Origin: an uncultured archaeon
GTDB lineage: Archaea > Asgardarchaeota > Lokiarchaeia > Sigyniarchaeales > SOKP01
Direction: 5' to 3'
Length of the DNA: 64,000 bases
Assembly (NCBI GenBank): GCA_964486045.1
Contig: CAZALK010000007.1
Coordinates: 96,001-160,000, forward strand
Both the position numbers and the translations under genes were made by a program. The notes beneath the pieces are model-generated. The model worked only from the letters and a program-made list of their open reading frames with translations. It made no database searches and was not told the origin of the DNA. Positions 1-10,001 of this stretch are shown here, piece by piece. Each line of letters starts with the position of its first letter. Position 1 is the stretch's first letter.

Positions 1-172
1 TGTTAGATAAAAGAAAGGAGGGTATTATAGGCAGGATATAACCGAGTAAAAAACTTATTAATATTGTAATTGCTAAAAAGAAATAAAACTTTTTTTTTTG
101 TTTTTTTAGCTCAAGAACAATCGTATAAACAACCGGTTTTACGGTTGTAAGTTTTCCAAATCTATTTCTCAT
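1..172 (-). CDS. ABC transporter permease, N-terminal part (runs off window)
   Basis: ATG at 172 overlaps the ATPase stop (ATGA). It reads MRNRFGKLTTVKPVVYTIVLELKKQKKKFYFFLAITILISFLLGYILP, with a TM helix after a basic stretch. Confidence 0.75.
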   Translation of the reverse strand, partial: MRNRFGKLTTVKPVVYTIVLELKKQKKKFYFFLAITILISFLLGYILPIIPSFLLSN

Positions 173-1215
173 TTTTTATCAACCTCTGTCATTAGTTCGT
201 TGTTATTTTTTACCATTTCGGTATAAACTCTCTCCAATTGGGATGTTTTTGGTTGAGTAAATGAGACTACAGTAAAATCTGATTCGAACTCCCTTATTAG
301 TATTTTTAAGATTTCTCCTTTTGATTCATTTTTTCCATCATAAAATATTTTCAATCTTTGGTTTTCAGGCAAATATTTTACGGGTATCTTTGAGATATCA
401 GGATCCAAGTTTTTATCTAAAAAGGGATTAAGTTTCTCTGCCAATCTATTTAATAATGGTTCTAATTCACTCGCATTAAGCGGTTTAAATAGTTCAGCGT
501 TTAATTCACTAGTTTTCAAAGTAAGTGCTAAATTCTCGACTGTATCAAATCCTATAATAGATCCTAAGTTGATTAGGGCTATTTTGTCACACACTTCGGA
601 AATTTCATATAACATATGTGAGGCTACAAATATTGTTTTTCCTTGAGCCTGAAGCTCCCGAATATATTTCCGGATTTCAACACGAGCTAATGGATCCAAA
701 CCAGTTTGAGGCTCGTCTAGTATAATAATTTCAGGATTATGTATAAGGGCTTGAATAATACCTACTTTTTGGGTCATTCCTTTAGAAAAGTTTTTAACTT
801 TCTCATGTTTCCAATCAGTAAGCTTAAAAAGTGCCAGTAATTCATCGATTCGCTCATTAATTTGACCTTTTGGATAATTTTGAAGATTAGCAAAATATCT
901 AAGGAGTTGATTAGCTGTCATATTGTAAAAGCTTGGGATATCAATCAAAAATCCAATTTGTGTAGCTGTATTAGAAACATGCTGTAAATCTTCTAATTTA
1001 TTGTTATTTGTTCGGATTAGGATTCTTCCTGAATTTGGTCTCAATATCTTCGCAATCATTTTAATAGTAGTCGTTTTTCCTGCACCATTAGGTCCAACCA
1101 ATCCTATAGTTTCACCTCTATGAACTTCTAAGTTAACTCCTTTCACGGCCGTAAAATTCCCAAACTTTTTAGTTAAATTTTCAAATTTTATTACAATTTC
1201 TGACATTGTTTTCAT
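169..1215 (-). CDS. ABC transporter ATP-binding protein (multidrug/ABC-2 type)
   Basis: Walker A GPNGAGKT, signature FSKGM, Walker B IIILDEP, H-loop SH. Confidence 0.95.
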   Translation of the reverse strand: MKTMSEIVIKFENLTKKFGNFTAVKGVNLEVHRGETIGLVGPNGAGKTTTIKMIAKILRPNSGRILIRTNNNKLEDLQHVSNTATQIGFLIDIPSFYNMTANQLLRYFANLQNYPKGQINERIDELLALFKLTDWKHEKVKNFSKGMTQKVGIIQALIHNPEIIILDEPQTGLDPLARVEIRKYIRELQAQGKTIFVASHMLYEISEVCDKIALINLGSIIGFDTVENLALTLKTSELNAELFKPLNASELEPLLNRLAEKLNPFLDKNLDPDISKIPVKYLPENQRLKIFYDGKNESKGEILKILIREFESDFTVVSFTQPKTSQLERVYTEMVKNNNELMTEVDKK

Positions 1216-1232
1216 TTTTTGATTAAGATTTT

Positions 1233-1862
1233 TTATTTAATTTTATGTTCAGATTTTATTTCTGAAATCTTTTTATCGATGTCTGCTAAACGTTGAGATA
1301 AATGCTCAATCTGTTTACTAATAAATAATTTCTGGATATCTAATATATCTAGTTGTTCTCTTCTAGATTTATCTTCTAGTCTATTCATGAAATCACCTTT
1401 AAAAGGTTCTATAAAATGATTTTTTTCTGAAAGTCCTTGAAGCAGCGCTCTTTGAAAGGGATGGCCTTTAAGAACAAGATCTTGGAGATCTCCTTTAAGA
1501 AAATCATCACCAACTTCAGAAGTAGAGAAAATTATTGTCCTCATTGATTCTCTCATTTCTCTCTCTCGTTTCAACATTAATTCTAATGTGTCTTTACCTT
1601 TTTTTGTAAGCTCATATACTTTTTTAGAATCTTCGGGATCTTGAGTTTTTTGTTGTTTAATCAAGTTCTTATCTCGTAAATCTTTAAGAATAGTATACAT
1701 AGTGGAGTCTGTTGGTGACCATACTCCTAGTGTACGTTTCTCTATCAGCTTTTTGATTTGATAACCGTGTGTTGGTTCTTTATTTAGGACCATAAGCACA
1801 AAAATGTTGACAAAACCCTTTTTCATGGTTTTTTCGAATTTGTCTACTATATTCTCAACCAT
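1233..1862 (-). CDS. PadR-family transcriptional regulator
   Basis: HGYQI...TMYTILKDL...KKVYELTKKG winged helix; first gene of the ABC operon. Confidence 0.92.
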   Translation of the reverse strand: MVENIVDKFEKTMKKGFVNIFVLMVLNKEPTHGYQIKKLIEKRTLGVWSPTDSTMYTILKDLRDKNLIKQQKTQDPEDSKKVYELTKKGKDTLELMLKREREMRESMRTIIFSTSEVGDDFLKGDLQDLVLKGHPFQRALLQGLSEKNHFIEPFKGDFMNRLEDKSRREQLDILDIQKLFISKQIEHLSQRLADIDKKISEIKSEHKIK

Positions 1863-1884
1863 AAATTTGAACCATTGATTTATT

Positions 1885-1940
1885 ACTACGTTTATCGATA
1901 CATCGACAACGATTGTAATATATCGGTAACCGAAGTATAT
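1885..1940. promoter_or_regulatory. Candidate PadR operator array (tandem imperfect CG-N4/5-CG palindromes)
   Basis: TACTACGtttatCGATACA, TACATCGacaaCGATTGTA and TATATCGgtaacCGAAGTA lie directly upstream of padR. Confidence 0.45.
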
Positions 1941-2160
1941 AAACTTTGATATTTTAGACTTCTAATTAAAAGTTATCGAAGTGTGAAACCTACTGCGGTT
2001 TATCGCGGAAACTGTCGTTATTAGAATTTTGGTTTCGCTCTTAGGCAATTGATGGGTAAATTATTGAAATATGTACATATTTTTATATCTGCTTTTGTAT
2101 TACAAGTAATGTAGTATAATTAAAGTAATCTAAGTAATAATTTCAATAGGGAATGTAAAA

Positions 2161-2385
2161 ATGCCAAAAAAAAAGAATAAGACGGCTATGAAGGAAATTA
2201 GAAACAGAATTAACGGAATATATGAATCAGAAATAGTCGATGAATTTATCAATAAGATATCGGGAATAGGATTATCAAAATTATCAAAAGAAGAATTAGA
2301 ATTGATGTTTGAGAAATTTAAGAATAACATACCTAAAAAACTTAGAAAAAGAATTAAGTTGGATTTAGAACATAGAGATGATTAA
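2161..2385 (+). CDS. Small basic hypothetical protein
   Basis: 74-aa ORF with host-like composition. Confidence 0.6.
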   Translation: MPKKKNKTAMKEIRNRINGIYESEIVDEFINKISGIGLSKLSKEELELMFEKFKNNIPKKLRKRIKLDLEHRDD

Positions 2386-2409
2386 ATAATTTCATTCAGT
2401 TTAGATCTT

Positions 2410-3531
2410 CTATTTAATTTTTTCGACTTCTTTAAATTTCTGTATATCTTTTTTCTCTATCTTCATCACTATAAAGGCACTTAAAATGCTTATTCCTGCC
2501 TTTACAGAAGCACGTATCCCTAATTTATCATGCGCAGTTTTAAGTAGCCACCCTAAGATGATGTTAAATGCCACTACGGCTATCCATATTGTATGGTAAG
2601 CACTTAACTGTCCCATAAAAAGCACGAGTAGAACATTATGTCCAAGAAAAATGGTAAATGAGTAGTAAGAATAGTAATAGAGAAGGTTATAGCTCTTTTT
2701 TGTTTTAATTACCTCCATTATTTCTATCACGATAAGTATCGTTAGCGAAGCTATTATAAAACCTAATGAATAAAGAACAGAGGATATGGAATTAAAGATG
2801 AGAAAATTTGGAAACAGAAATACAATACCAAAAATATAAACGGATATACTCACAAAAAAGGAATAAATAATTGCTCTATGTGTAAATAAAAATTCTTTTT
2901 TCTGCTGATCCTTAGCATTTCCCAAGTCAAAAATAAATTCTCCTATAACTGAACCAATAATTACAATTCCATAATAGTTTAAGATAGCATATGATGTATC
3001 TATGGGATTAAATAATAGATGACAAAAGATACCTAATAAATTAGATTGGCCATTATATGGGGAAAGAATTGTCAATAGGATTTGGTTAAGAATTACTACT
3101 ATAATGGCTATACATACTCTAAATACTTTAGACGTTTTTAATAAAGGCCACAAAAGTATTAATGCAATTGCGATTGTTTGCAACGCATTCCAGCTCCATA
3201 TATCTGTTAGATCACCACCACCGAATACCATAGCAACACCAAAGTTGAAAAAAAGTGCTATTATTAATATGAAAAGCCCTCTCAATAGAAATATATTTCT
3301 CATAGTGTTCATGTGCACTTTCTGTGTTTGTAGATTATTTTTATAAGCTAATGTCGAACTTACACCTGAAATAAAGAGAAAACCTGTAGCACCAATTGGT
3401 GCCAGAAATGCATACAACCAGTATTTAAGCAAGATATCTTCTGGTCTTATCCAGAACTGAAGCATGTGCCCATACACCATAATCCATATAGAAAAACCTC
3501 TTAGAATATCAACACTCTTTATCCGTTGCAA
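2410..3531 (-). CDS. HGSNAT/DUF1624-like membrane acyltransferase
   Basis: RIKSVDILRG motif, FLFISGVS, multiple TM helices. Confidence 0.85.
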   Translation of the reverse strand: MQRIKSVDILRGFSIWIMVYGHMLQFWIRPEDILLKYWLYAFLAPIGATGFLFISGVSSTLAYKNNLQTQKVHMNTMRNIFLLRGLFILIIALFFNFGVAMVFGGGDLTDIWSWNALQTIAIALILLWPLLKTSKVFRVCIAIIVVILNQILLTILSPYNGQSNLLGIFCHLLFNPIDTSYAILNYYGIVIIGSVIGEFIFDLGNAKDQQKKEFLFTHRAIIYSFFVSISVYIFGIVFLFPNFLIFNSISSVLYSLGFIIASLTILIVIEIMEVIKTKKSYNLLYYYSYYSFTIFLGHNVLLVLFMGQLSAYHTIWIAVVAFNIILGWLLKTAHDKLGIRASVKAGISILSAFIVMKIEKKDIQKFKEVEKIK

Positions 3532-3719
3532 TTTCCTAAAAAATGGTATATATTTTTTATATTTTAAATTGTCAAAGAAATATATAACATTTTATAACAT
3601 TTCATAAAAACAGATTTTTTAGAAAACTAACTTATCAATTCTCGAAGATTTATGTCAGAAAAAACTGTAAAAAGGTGAAATAAAAAAAAATATAAAATTA
3701 ATTACATCTCAATCCAAAC

Positions 3720-4133
3720 TTATTCAGAGGAACGAGCATACGATAGAACTTGGGCAATAATAGCTATTTGAGAGGCTCCTTTTGTTTTTTTTCCTCCCAT
3801 TTTACGAATCCATTTACCAGATTTCCAGTTTCCTGCTTCAGTCAGTGTATTGGTAGTAGGGAACTCCCACCAAGCCCATGCGCGAAGTTTTGTACCTACT
3901 TTTTTAATATCAAAGTCAGGATCCTTTTGTATACCTTCAACTGTAACACAATCATCAATAATAGTAATTAAAGCAGCCCATTTTGGATCTTCTTCATTGT
4001 TAAAAAGAACCCGGGTCTTTTGTGATTTAACGAAATCCTGACATTCTTGTTTTCCCATGGCTATATTAACTAAACTTCCCATAAACTTAGCAAAACCTTT
4101 GAGTCTTGGTTTTCTAGGTTTTTCGTTCGACAT
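3720..4133 (-). CDS. Hypothetical protein (possibly SCP2-like)
   Basis: 137-aa ORF following the MFS gene. Confidence 0.65.
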   Translation of the reverse strand: MSNEKPRKPRLKGFAKFMGSLVNIAMGKQECQDFVKSQKTRVLFNNEEDPKWAALITIIDDCVTVEGIQKDPDFDIKKVGTKLRAWAWWEFPTTNTLTEAGNWKSGKWIRKMGGKKTKGASQIAIIAQVLSYARSSE

Positions 4134-4171
4134 TTTTTATCTCGTGTTAGTTTGATTTGTAATCTATAAAT

Positions 4172-5617
4172 TTAGAATAAACCAGCTTTTTTAAGACCTT
4201 TGACCATGTCCTCTTTTTCTTTTCCTTCAAGAGTATAGTATTTTCTAAATACCTGTGACATCACAACGAATAAAATACAAGGAATCACTGCTCCCATAAT
4301 TATTATTCCCGCCTTAGCTGTCTCAGTTTGAGTTGGAGCACCAGGAACATAAGTCACCATAGTTAATACTATAAAGAAGACTATTGCCTGTACGAGAAAT
4401 GCCATGCGGAAGAAAAAGTTCCGAAGCCCCACGAATGTGGCATCACTGCGTTTTCCTAATTTGAGTGCAACTTCGTCATAGGTGTCTGATGCAACCGGCA
4501 TCAGCATAGTGACCTCACCTGCGTAAAATATATTCATTATAAATAAAAATACCGTGTGCAGTGTAATAAATGTTGATGATCCGAAAGGTATAGCTAACAT
4601 AGCCAGAAATGGTAGAAATAAAAGACCATGCATTAAAAACGCTACCCAATACGTTCTCTTGAAATTACCTTTTCTTGTAAAATTAGACCAGAACGGGATC
4701 GAAGCTATAGCAGCTATAATACTAAGCAATAGTGGTATTCTTTGTGCATCCAAACCTACTCCATAGACATCAACAAAAAAGTAAATTTGAGCCGCATTCC
4801 ATAAAGTTGTCGCTGTTACTTGAACAGTGTACCCAACGAGCGAAACCCGGAAGTTCTTTGTTTTAAGAGCTTTTTTTGTTACTTCTATGAAACTGGCTTT
4901 GTCAGCAGATTTATATTTTTCAATGAACATTGATTTCATTTCTTCTGATTCACCAATTCCAAACTTTATAGTAGGAATAGTGAAAATGATCAATAATACC
5001 ACCATTACTATTGCATTAATGATATACGATGACTGCGCATTCTCATCTCTTCCTATAATAGCTGTTTGCAGAACCGACATAACGATAAGCGTTATAAACA
5101 ACATTACTGTCATTAACATAAACGATTTCCTACGCTCGAACTTTGATGGAAATTGGTTAGTGTATCCGCCATATAGATGGTCATTGTAAATTGAGAAAAA
5201 CGTATCGAATATACATACAATCAAAACCATGTATATAAATTTAGCACTATCATCCACTCCTGTTGGTACCGTCCAGATAAGTATGAAAAATATTAACATA
5301 GGAGCAGTCATAAGTACAATCCAAGGTGCACGTAATCCCCATTTTTTAGTCCATTTCAAGGGTTTATCAGTCAAATAGCCTAATAATGGATCATTGAGCA
5401 TATTCCATAATGCAAAGATAATCATAGACCATAGAATTAATTCGGCACTAATACCAATTACAACCCGGTAAAAATAGTCCATATTTGCTAATCCATACAG
5501 TAATAAAAAATTCACAATGATATAACCGAAGCCATAACCAGCCATTTTCTTTGTAGATGCTATTTCCCACTCGGAAAGATCTTCTTTTGTTGTGATTTTT
5601 TCTTCTTTTGTTGCCAT
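4172..5617 (-). CDS. MFS transporter, GPH (Na+/melibiose symporter-like) family
   Basis: WNMLNDPLLGYLTDK...KWGLRAPW motif, about 12 TM helices. Confidence 0.92.
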   Translation of the reverse strand: MATKEEKITTKEDLSEWEIASTKKMAGYGFGYIIVNFLLLYGLANMDYFYRVVIGISAELILWSMIIFALWNMLNDPLLGYLTDKPLKWTKKWGLRAPWIVLMTAPMLIFFILIWTVPTGVDDSAKFIYMVLIVCIFDTFFSIYNDHLYGGYTNQFPSKFERRKSFMLMTVMLFITLIVMSVLQTAIIGRDENAQSSYIINAIVMVVLLIIFTIPTIKFGIGESEEMKSMFIEKYKSADKASFIEVTKKALKTKNFRVSLVGYTVQVTATTLWNAAQIYFFVDVYGVGLDAQRIPLLLSIIAAIASIPFWSNFTRKGNFKRTYWVAFLMHGLLFLPFLAMLAIPFGSSTFITLHTVFLFIMNIFYAGEVTMLMPVASDTYDEVALKLGKRSDATFVGLRNFFFRMAFLVQAIVFFIVLTMVTYVPGAPTQTETAKAGIIIMGAVIPCILFVVMSQVFRKYYTLEGKEKEDMVKGLKKAGLF

Positions 5618-5837
5618 ATTTAATCCAATTTTTTTATTTCTTTTTTATTTAAAATGAAATAATAATTATTATTAACTAATATCCTTATGATTATATACTT
5701 AATTAAACACAAATTCAGATGAATTAAGAATATTTCAGGAGGGAAGTGATGGCTAGCACGTTTGGATAAAGATGAAGAGCCATTATGCCATTATAAGTTC
5801 TTAAGATATCAATATATAAAGATTAGCAGTATTCCTT

Positions 5838-6110
5838 ATGGTAAATGGCGCGGGGGGGTTTTCACCTAATACTATGACAAAGGAGCGATTCCTAAAGGAA
5901 TTTGAAGCTTATAAAAATATATTAAAAGCTTGGAGTGTGGGTCATGTTATTAAAGGAATTCAAATCTATGAGATGGTCAGCTTTAGATTAGGAGAATATA
6001 TTTCTGAAAAGGTGGAGATTTTGAAAAATTGCTTATTGCAACCACATGGTTCCTATGATTGGCTAAAAGACTTAGACAGACACATAAATCAGAAAAAAAG
6101 GGGATACTAG
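5838..6110 (+). pseudogene. Hypothetical ORF, probably a decayed or frameshifted gene
   Basis: An upstream coding-like frame (DKDEEPLCHYKFLRYQYIKISSIPYGKWRG) meets this frame at a G7 run near 5852. Confidence 0.35.
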
Positions 6111-6250
6111 AAAAGATACTATCAGGATCTTTATTTTTTTTATTCACCTCAATATTACCCTTGTATTATATAGAATAATATATCTAAGAAAGCTTCAAAA
6201 CATTAACGAAACAAGTTTAATCAAATCAAAAAGGGGTTTAAGATTAAAAT

Positions 6251-6409
6251 ATGAAACTAATAACTGTTCATATACCAGAAGCCTATCTTTCAGGAATAGA
6301 AGAGTTAGTTAACATGAATTTATATCCTAATCGTTCTGAAGTAATTCGCGTAGCAATACGAGATTTGCTAAAAACTGAACTTAGTGTCATCTTGAGGAGA
6401 CCGGATTAA
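6251..6409 (+). CDS. Ribbon-helix-helix (CopG/CdrS-like) transcriptional regulator, 52 aa
   Basis: Not in the ORF track. MKLITVHIPEAYLSGIEELVNMNLYPNRSEVIRVAIRDLLKTELSVILRRPD contains the classic YPNRSE-IR-A-R-LL motif. Confidence 0.9.
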   Translation: MKLITVHIPEAYLSGIEELVNMNLYPNRSEVIRVAIRDLLKTELSVILRRPD

Positions 6410-6574
6410 TTTAAATACATTTTCTTCCTTTCTTTTATAATTCATTCATGTTAAAAGAGAAAATCTATTCTCCTAATATATTTTGAATTCAGGATTTACT
6501 CTCTTACTTATGTCTTCTAAACTATAAATAAAAAAAAATAGAATATTTAGAATTCCAATTATTATTCATAATTT

Positions 6575-7141
6575 TTAAGAGATATATGTTTGTACTAGTA
6601 ATGTACTGGAAAAAATTGTATTGCTGACATCACTTCCATATATACCAATCGAAATATTATGAGCTCCAGCGGAAATTGTTTCTAATGCAAGGTGAAATGA
6701 TACAGGTGCATCTATCCTAGTCCCCCACGTTTCCAAGATCCTCTCAGGATATTGAGGACTAGACAATATACTACCATCTAACAAAAAATTAAATAGTATA
6801 AACGAAGGTGCTCCCGCTACTACTGTTGCATAAGTACTAAAAAGAAAAAATGCTGATTCTCCAGCATTTACAGTAAAATTGATTAATAACGAATCAACTG
6901 GTATTCATGCGTTGAAAGGATTAGTATCCACAGAGGAGTAATCTAAATCAGACCACGTATTTCTTATTCCAGAAACCGCATCTACACCATCCTGTCCAGG
7001 AGGTCCTTGAGGTCCTTCAGGTCCCTCAGGTCCTTTAGGTCCTTCTATTACTTGAAAATTCACCATAGTAAACGCTCCGAGCCCCAATCCACCTGCGCCT
7101 ATAATAAGAGCAAATATAGCCAAACCAGTTGATTTTGCCAT
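6575..7141 (-). pseudogene. Membrane-anchored protein with short collagen-like repeat, in-frame TGA at 6905-6907
   Basis: ORFs 6905-7141 and 6575-6784 are in one frame. The TGA aligns with Trp of paralog 7513-8016 (FNA*IPVDSLLINF vs DPTWIQVDQLLINF). GPKGPEGPEGPQGPPGQDG repeat. Confidence 0.85.
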
Positions 7142-7285
7142 TGTTTCATTCTTTCAATTTTTTAAAATTACAGTTAAGATTCTTTTTGTAAAAATATTAA
7201 TTAAGTAAGTATATGGACAAACTTCAATAAAAAAGTGCTATTTCTAATTTAAAATTTTAAAAATCCTTTTTCCTTTTCTTATTTA

Positions 7286-7405
7286 ATGCCCTTTACTCAT
7301 AAAGATTTTGAATTTATCGATGCCCACAGTCATTTTTTCCCTCCTCAAATATTTAAGGCAATTTGGGAGTTTTTTGAGAAGACAGATGAGAAAGGTAATA
7401 TTCAA
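7286..7405 (+). pseudogene. Truncated 5' copy of the amidohydrolase
   Basis: MPFTHKDFEFIDAHSHFFPPQIFKAIWEFFEKTDEKGNIQ matches the first 40 aa of 8162-9022, then similarity stops. Confidence 0.9.
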
Positions 7406-7512
7406 CGCTGCCTTACAATTATAATTCAGAATTTACTCTCTTACACATGTTTTCAAAGCCACAAATAAAAAAAAATTAAGTTATTTAAAATTCTAATTTT
7501 TATTGATAACTC

Positions 7513-8016
7513 CTAAGAGAAATATGTTTGTACTAGTAGTGTGCTGGAAGAAATTTGATTACTGATATCATTCCCTAATATGTGAATCGAAAGATTGTGA
7601 GCCCCCGCAGAAATTGTTTCTAACATGTAGTGAAAGGATACAGGTGCTGACATTACACCCCCCGGATTTGAAAGTAACCAATAAGGATGTAGAGGATCAT
7701 TTAATCTAACACTGTCCAACGCAAATCTAAATTCCATAAATGAAGTTGCGCTTAAAAATGCAGAAGTACTAAAAAGAAAAAATGCCGATTCTCCAGCATT
7801 TACAGTAAAATTGATTAATAGTTGATCGACCTGTATCCATGTGGGATCCATAGGGTTAGTAACCACAGAACCTTCATGGAAATCAGACCACGCATTACTT
7901 ATTCCAGAATCCCCACCTGTAGGTGTTGGAACAAAAAACACTTGATAAGCTCCGAGTCCTAAGGCACCAATTGCAATTATAAGTGCAAATACAGCCAGAC
8001 CAGTTGATTTTGCCAT
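7513..8016 (-). CDS. Membrane-anchored beta-rich surface protein (paralog of 6575-7141)
   Basis: N-terminal TM/signal segment followed by a beta-strand-rich domain. Confidence 0.8.
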   Translation of the reverse strand: MAKSTGLAVFALIIAIGALGLGAYQVFFVPTPTGGDSGISNAWSDFHEGSVVTNPMDPTWIQVDQLLINFTVNAGESAFFLFSTSAFLSATSFMEFRFALDSVRLNDPLHPYWLLSNPGGVMSAPVSFHYMLETISAGAHNLSIHILGNDISNQISSSTLLVQTYFS

Positions 8017-8161
8017 TATTTAATTCCTCAAATTTTTTAAAATAAAAGAATAGGTTTCTTTTTGTAAAATTATTAATTAAGTTAGTATATAGACAAACTT
8101 CAATAAAAAAGTACGATTTTTAATTTAAAATTTTAAAAGTCCTTTTTCTTTTTCTTATTTA

Positions 8162-9022
8162 ATGCTTTTTACTCACGATGATTTTAAATTTATTGATGCT
8201 CACTGTCATTTTTTTCCACCTGAAATATTTAAAGCAATATGGGACTTTTTTGAAAAAACTGATGAAAATGGGAACATACAAGGCTGGTCTATTAATTATA
8301 AGCTTTCAACAAAAGAGTTAGTCAGGGTATTAGACACAAATAATGTGAAAGCTTTTACTACTTACAATTATGCTCATAAAAAAGGTGTTGCTAATTTTAT
8401 AAATGAATGGATTAACCAATTTTGTAAAAAATACAAAGATGCTATACCATTCGGCTGTGTGTGGCCAGAAGATAAAGATCGTGTTGAATATACCCAGAAA
8501 AATCTTGATGAGAATAACTTTTTAGGAATAAAAATCCAACCTCTAGTACAAGAATTTTATCCTGATGATGAAAGAATGTATGAAATTTATGATTTAATCC
8601 TAGACCGAGGAAAATGGATATGTTTCCATGCTGGTACAGCTCCGTATAGAAACAAATACGTTGGTTACAAAAACTTTATAAAATTTTTAGATAAATATCC
8701 TGACATAAATGTAATAGTAGCTCATATGGGTGCCTTCAAATATAAGGAATTCTTAGGGCTTCTTGATAAACATGAGAATCTCTATTTAGATACTGCTGTA
8801 ATATTCATTCCTGATAATATTTTTCCTGAAAGAAAAATTAAACGCACAACCCCAGAAGAATTAACCTCATATCAGGATCGTATTTTATTTGGGAGTGATT
8901 TTCCTAATATTCCTTTTGAATACCAACGTTCTACAAAAGGATTGTTAGAGTTTGATCTCTCTAAAAAATTTTACGACAATATTTTTTTTAATAATGCTAA
9001 GCGATTATTTAATTTACCTTAA
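8162..9022 (+). CDS. Amidohydrolase_2 family metal-dependent hydrolase
   Basis: IDAHCH, FHAG, AHMG, YLDT and ILFGSDFP motifs. Confidence 0.92.
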   Translation: MLFTHDDFKFIDAHCHFFPPEIFKAIWDFFEKTDENGNIQGWSINYKLSTKELVRVLDTNNVKAFTTYNYAHKKGVANFINEWINQFCKKYKDAIPFGCVWPEDKDRVEYTQKNLDENNFLGIKIQPLVQEFYPDDERMYEIYDLILDRGKWICFHAGTAPYRNKYVGYKNFIKFLDKYPDINVIVAHMGAFKYKEFLGLLDKHENLYLDTAVIFIPDNIFPERKIKRTTPEELTSYQDRILFGSDFPNIPFEYQRSTKGLLEFDLSKKFYDNIFFNNAKRLFNLP

Positions 9023-9074
9023 AATAGTCAGAGATTGAAATATTTAAGTACTATATACAATTTTTGTTGATAAT

Positions 9075-9566
9075 ATGAGAAAAGTCACTGATACAGACAA
9101 ATTGTTTTATTTTGAGAGAAATTTTGTCACATTAGACGGATTGTGGATGCTTGAAACCGAAAAAGTGGTAGGATGGGATAAGGCTTTAGAAATAGATAAT
9201 ACAGTATGGATTAGGCTATTAAAAATTATAGTGAGAAGAATTAAAAATTATTTGAGAATCGAGACAAATATACTCAGCGATCTGGTTGAGATCATTACTT
9301 TTAGGTGGTCAATTGAGGGTTGGGATTACACTTTAAACGAAATATCAGATTCAGATATAATAATTGAAATTAATAAATGTCCTTATAAATCTTCAATGGA
9401 TAGAAATGAAAGCCGGCATGATAAAATACCCTTGATATGCAAGAATATGTGTAAAATCATTTATACACAATTAACTGAAGATTTCAATCCAAAGATTAGA
9501 TTGGAGAAAAATAAATCCATGGGATTGGGGGATAGTTTCTGTGAATTTCACTTCAAACAATCTTAA
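9075..9566 (+). CDS. DUF6125/V4R-like hypothetical protein
   Basis: DGLW motif, KCP, C-x3-C and G-D-x-x-C-E-F pattern. Confidence 0.7.
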   Translation: MRKVTDTDKLFYFERNFVTLDGLWMLETEKVVGWDKALEIDNTVWIRLLKIIVRRIKNYLRIETNILSDLVEIITFRWSIEGWDYTLNEISDSDIIIEINKCPYKSSMDRNESRHDKIPLICKNMCKIIYTQLTEDFNPKIRLEKNKSMGLGDSFCEFHFKQS

Positions 9567-9576
9567 GGATGATTAA

Positions 9577-9984
9577 ATGAGTGAAATTGAGGAAAAATGG
9601 AGCTACATAAATTATTTAAAGACTTTACCAGCAGTTATAATAGGGATTGTTATTTTTTATTTTTCCTCCTTGAGTAATCCTTATCCAACTCCTGTTCCGG
9701 TTCCTGAAGAATTTGCACTAAATTTAAATCCAATTATGCATATGGGTGAATTTGGCTTATTATCGTTTCTACTCTTTTTTGGATTCTCTTCTAAAGTAAA
9801 ACCAATCTACATACTTATAGTTGCATTTTTTTACGCGTTTTTAGACGAGATCCACCAATTTTTTGTCCCTAATCGCTATTTTGATATTTTTGATCTAATT
9901 ATTGATATGATAGGAGTGATAATTGGGGTTTTATCCTACTTTTTGGTTAAAAAATTGAATATAAAATTTAAAACTAGAATATGA
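9577..9984 (+). CDS. VanZ-family membrane protein
   Basis: H-x-x-EF, DEIHQ-F-VP-R and DL-x-x-D-x-x-G motifs. Confidence 0.88.
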   Translation: MSEIEEKWSYINYLKTLPAVIIGIVIFYFSSLSNPYPTPVPVPEEFALNLNPIMHMGEFGLLSFLLFFGFSSKVKPIYILIVAFFYAFLDEIHQFFVPNRYFDIFDLIIDMIGVIIGVLSYFLVKKLNIKFKTRI

Positions 9985-10001
9985 ATAGTGAGGAATAGGT
10001 T

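Larger units (their letters stand above)
6486..8281. repeat. Diverged tandem duplication (copy 1 ~6486-7405, copy 2 ~7423-8281)
   Basis: Both copies carry the same terminator region, a paralogous MAKSTGLA gene, a near-identical divergent promoter and an amidohydrolase 5' end. Confidence 0.9.

Noticed and set aside
6905-6907. In-frame TGA as selenocysteine
   Set aside because: It aligns with Trp (TGG) in the adjacent paralog, not Cys; there is no redox motif and no evident SECIS.
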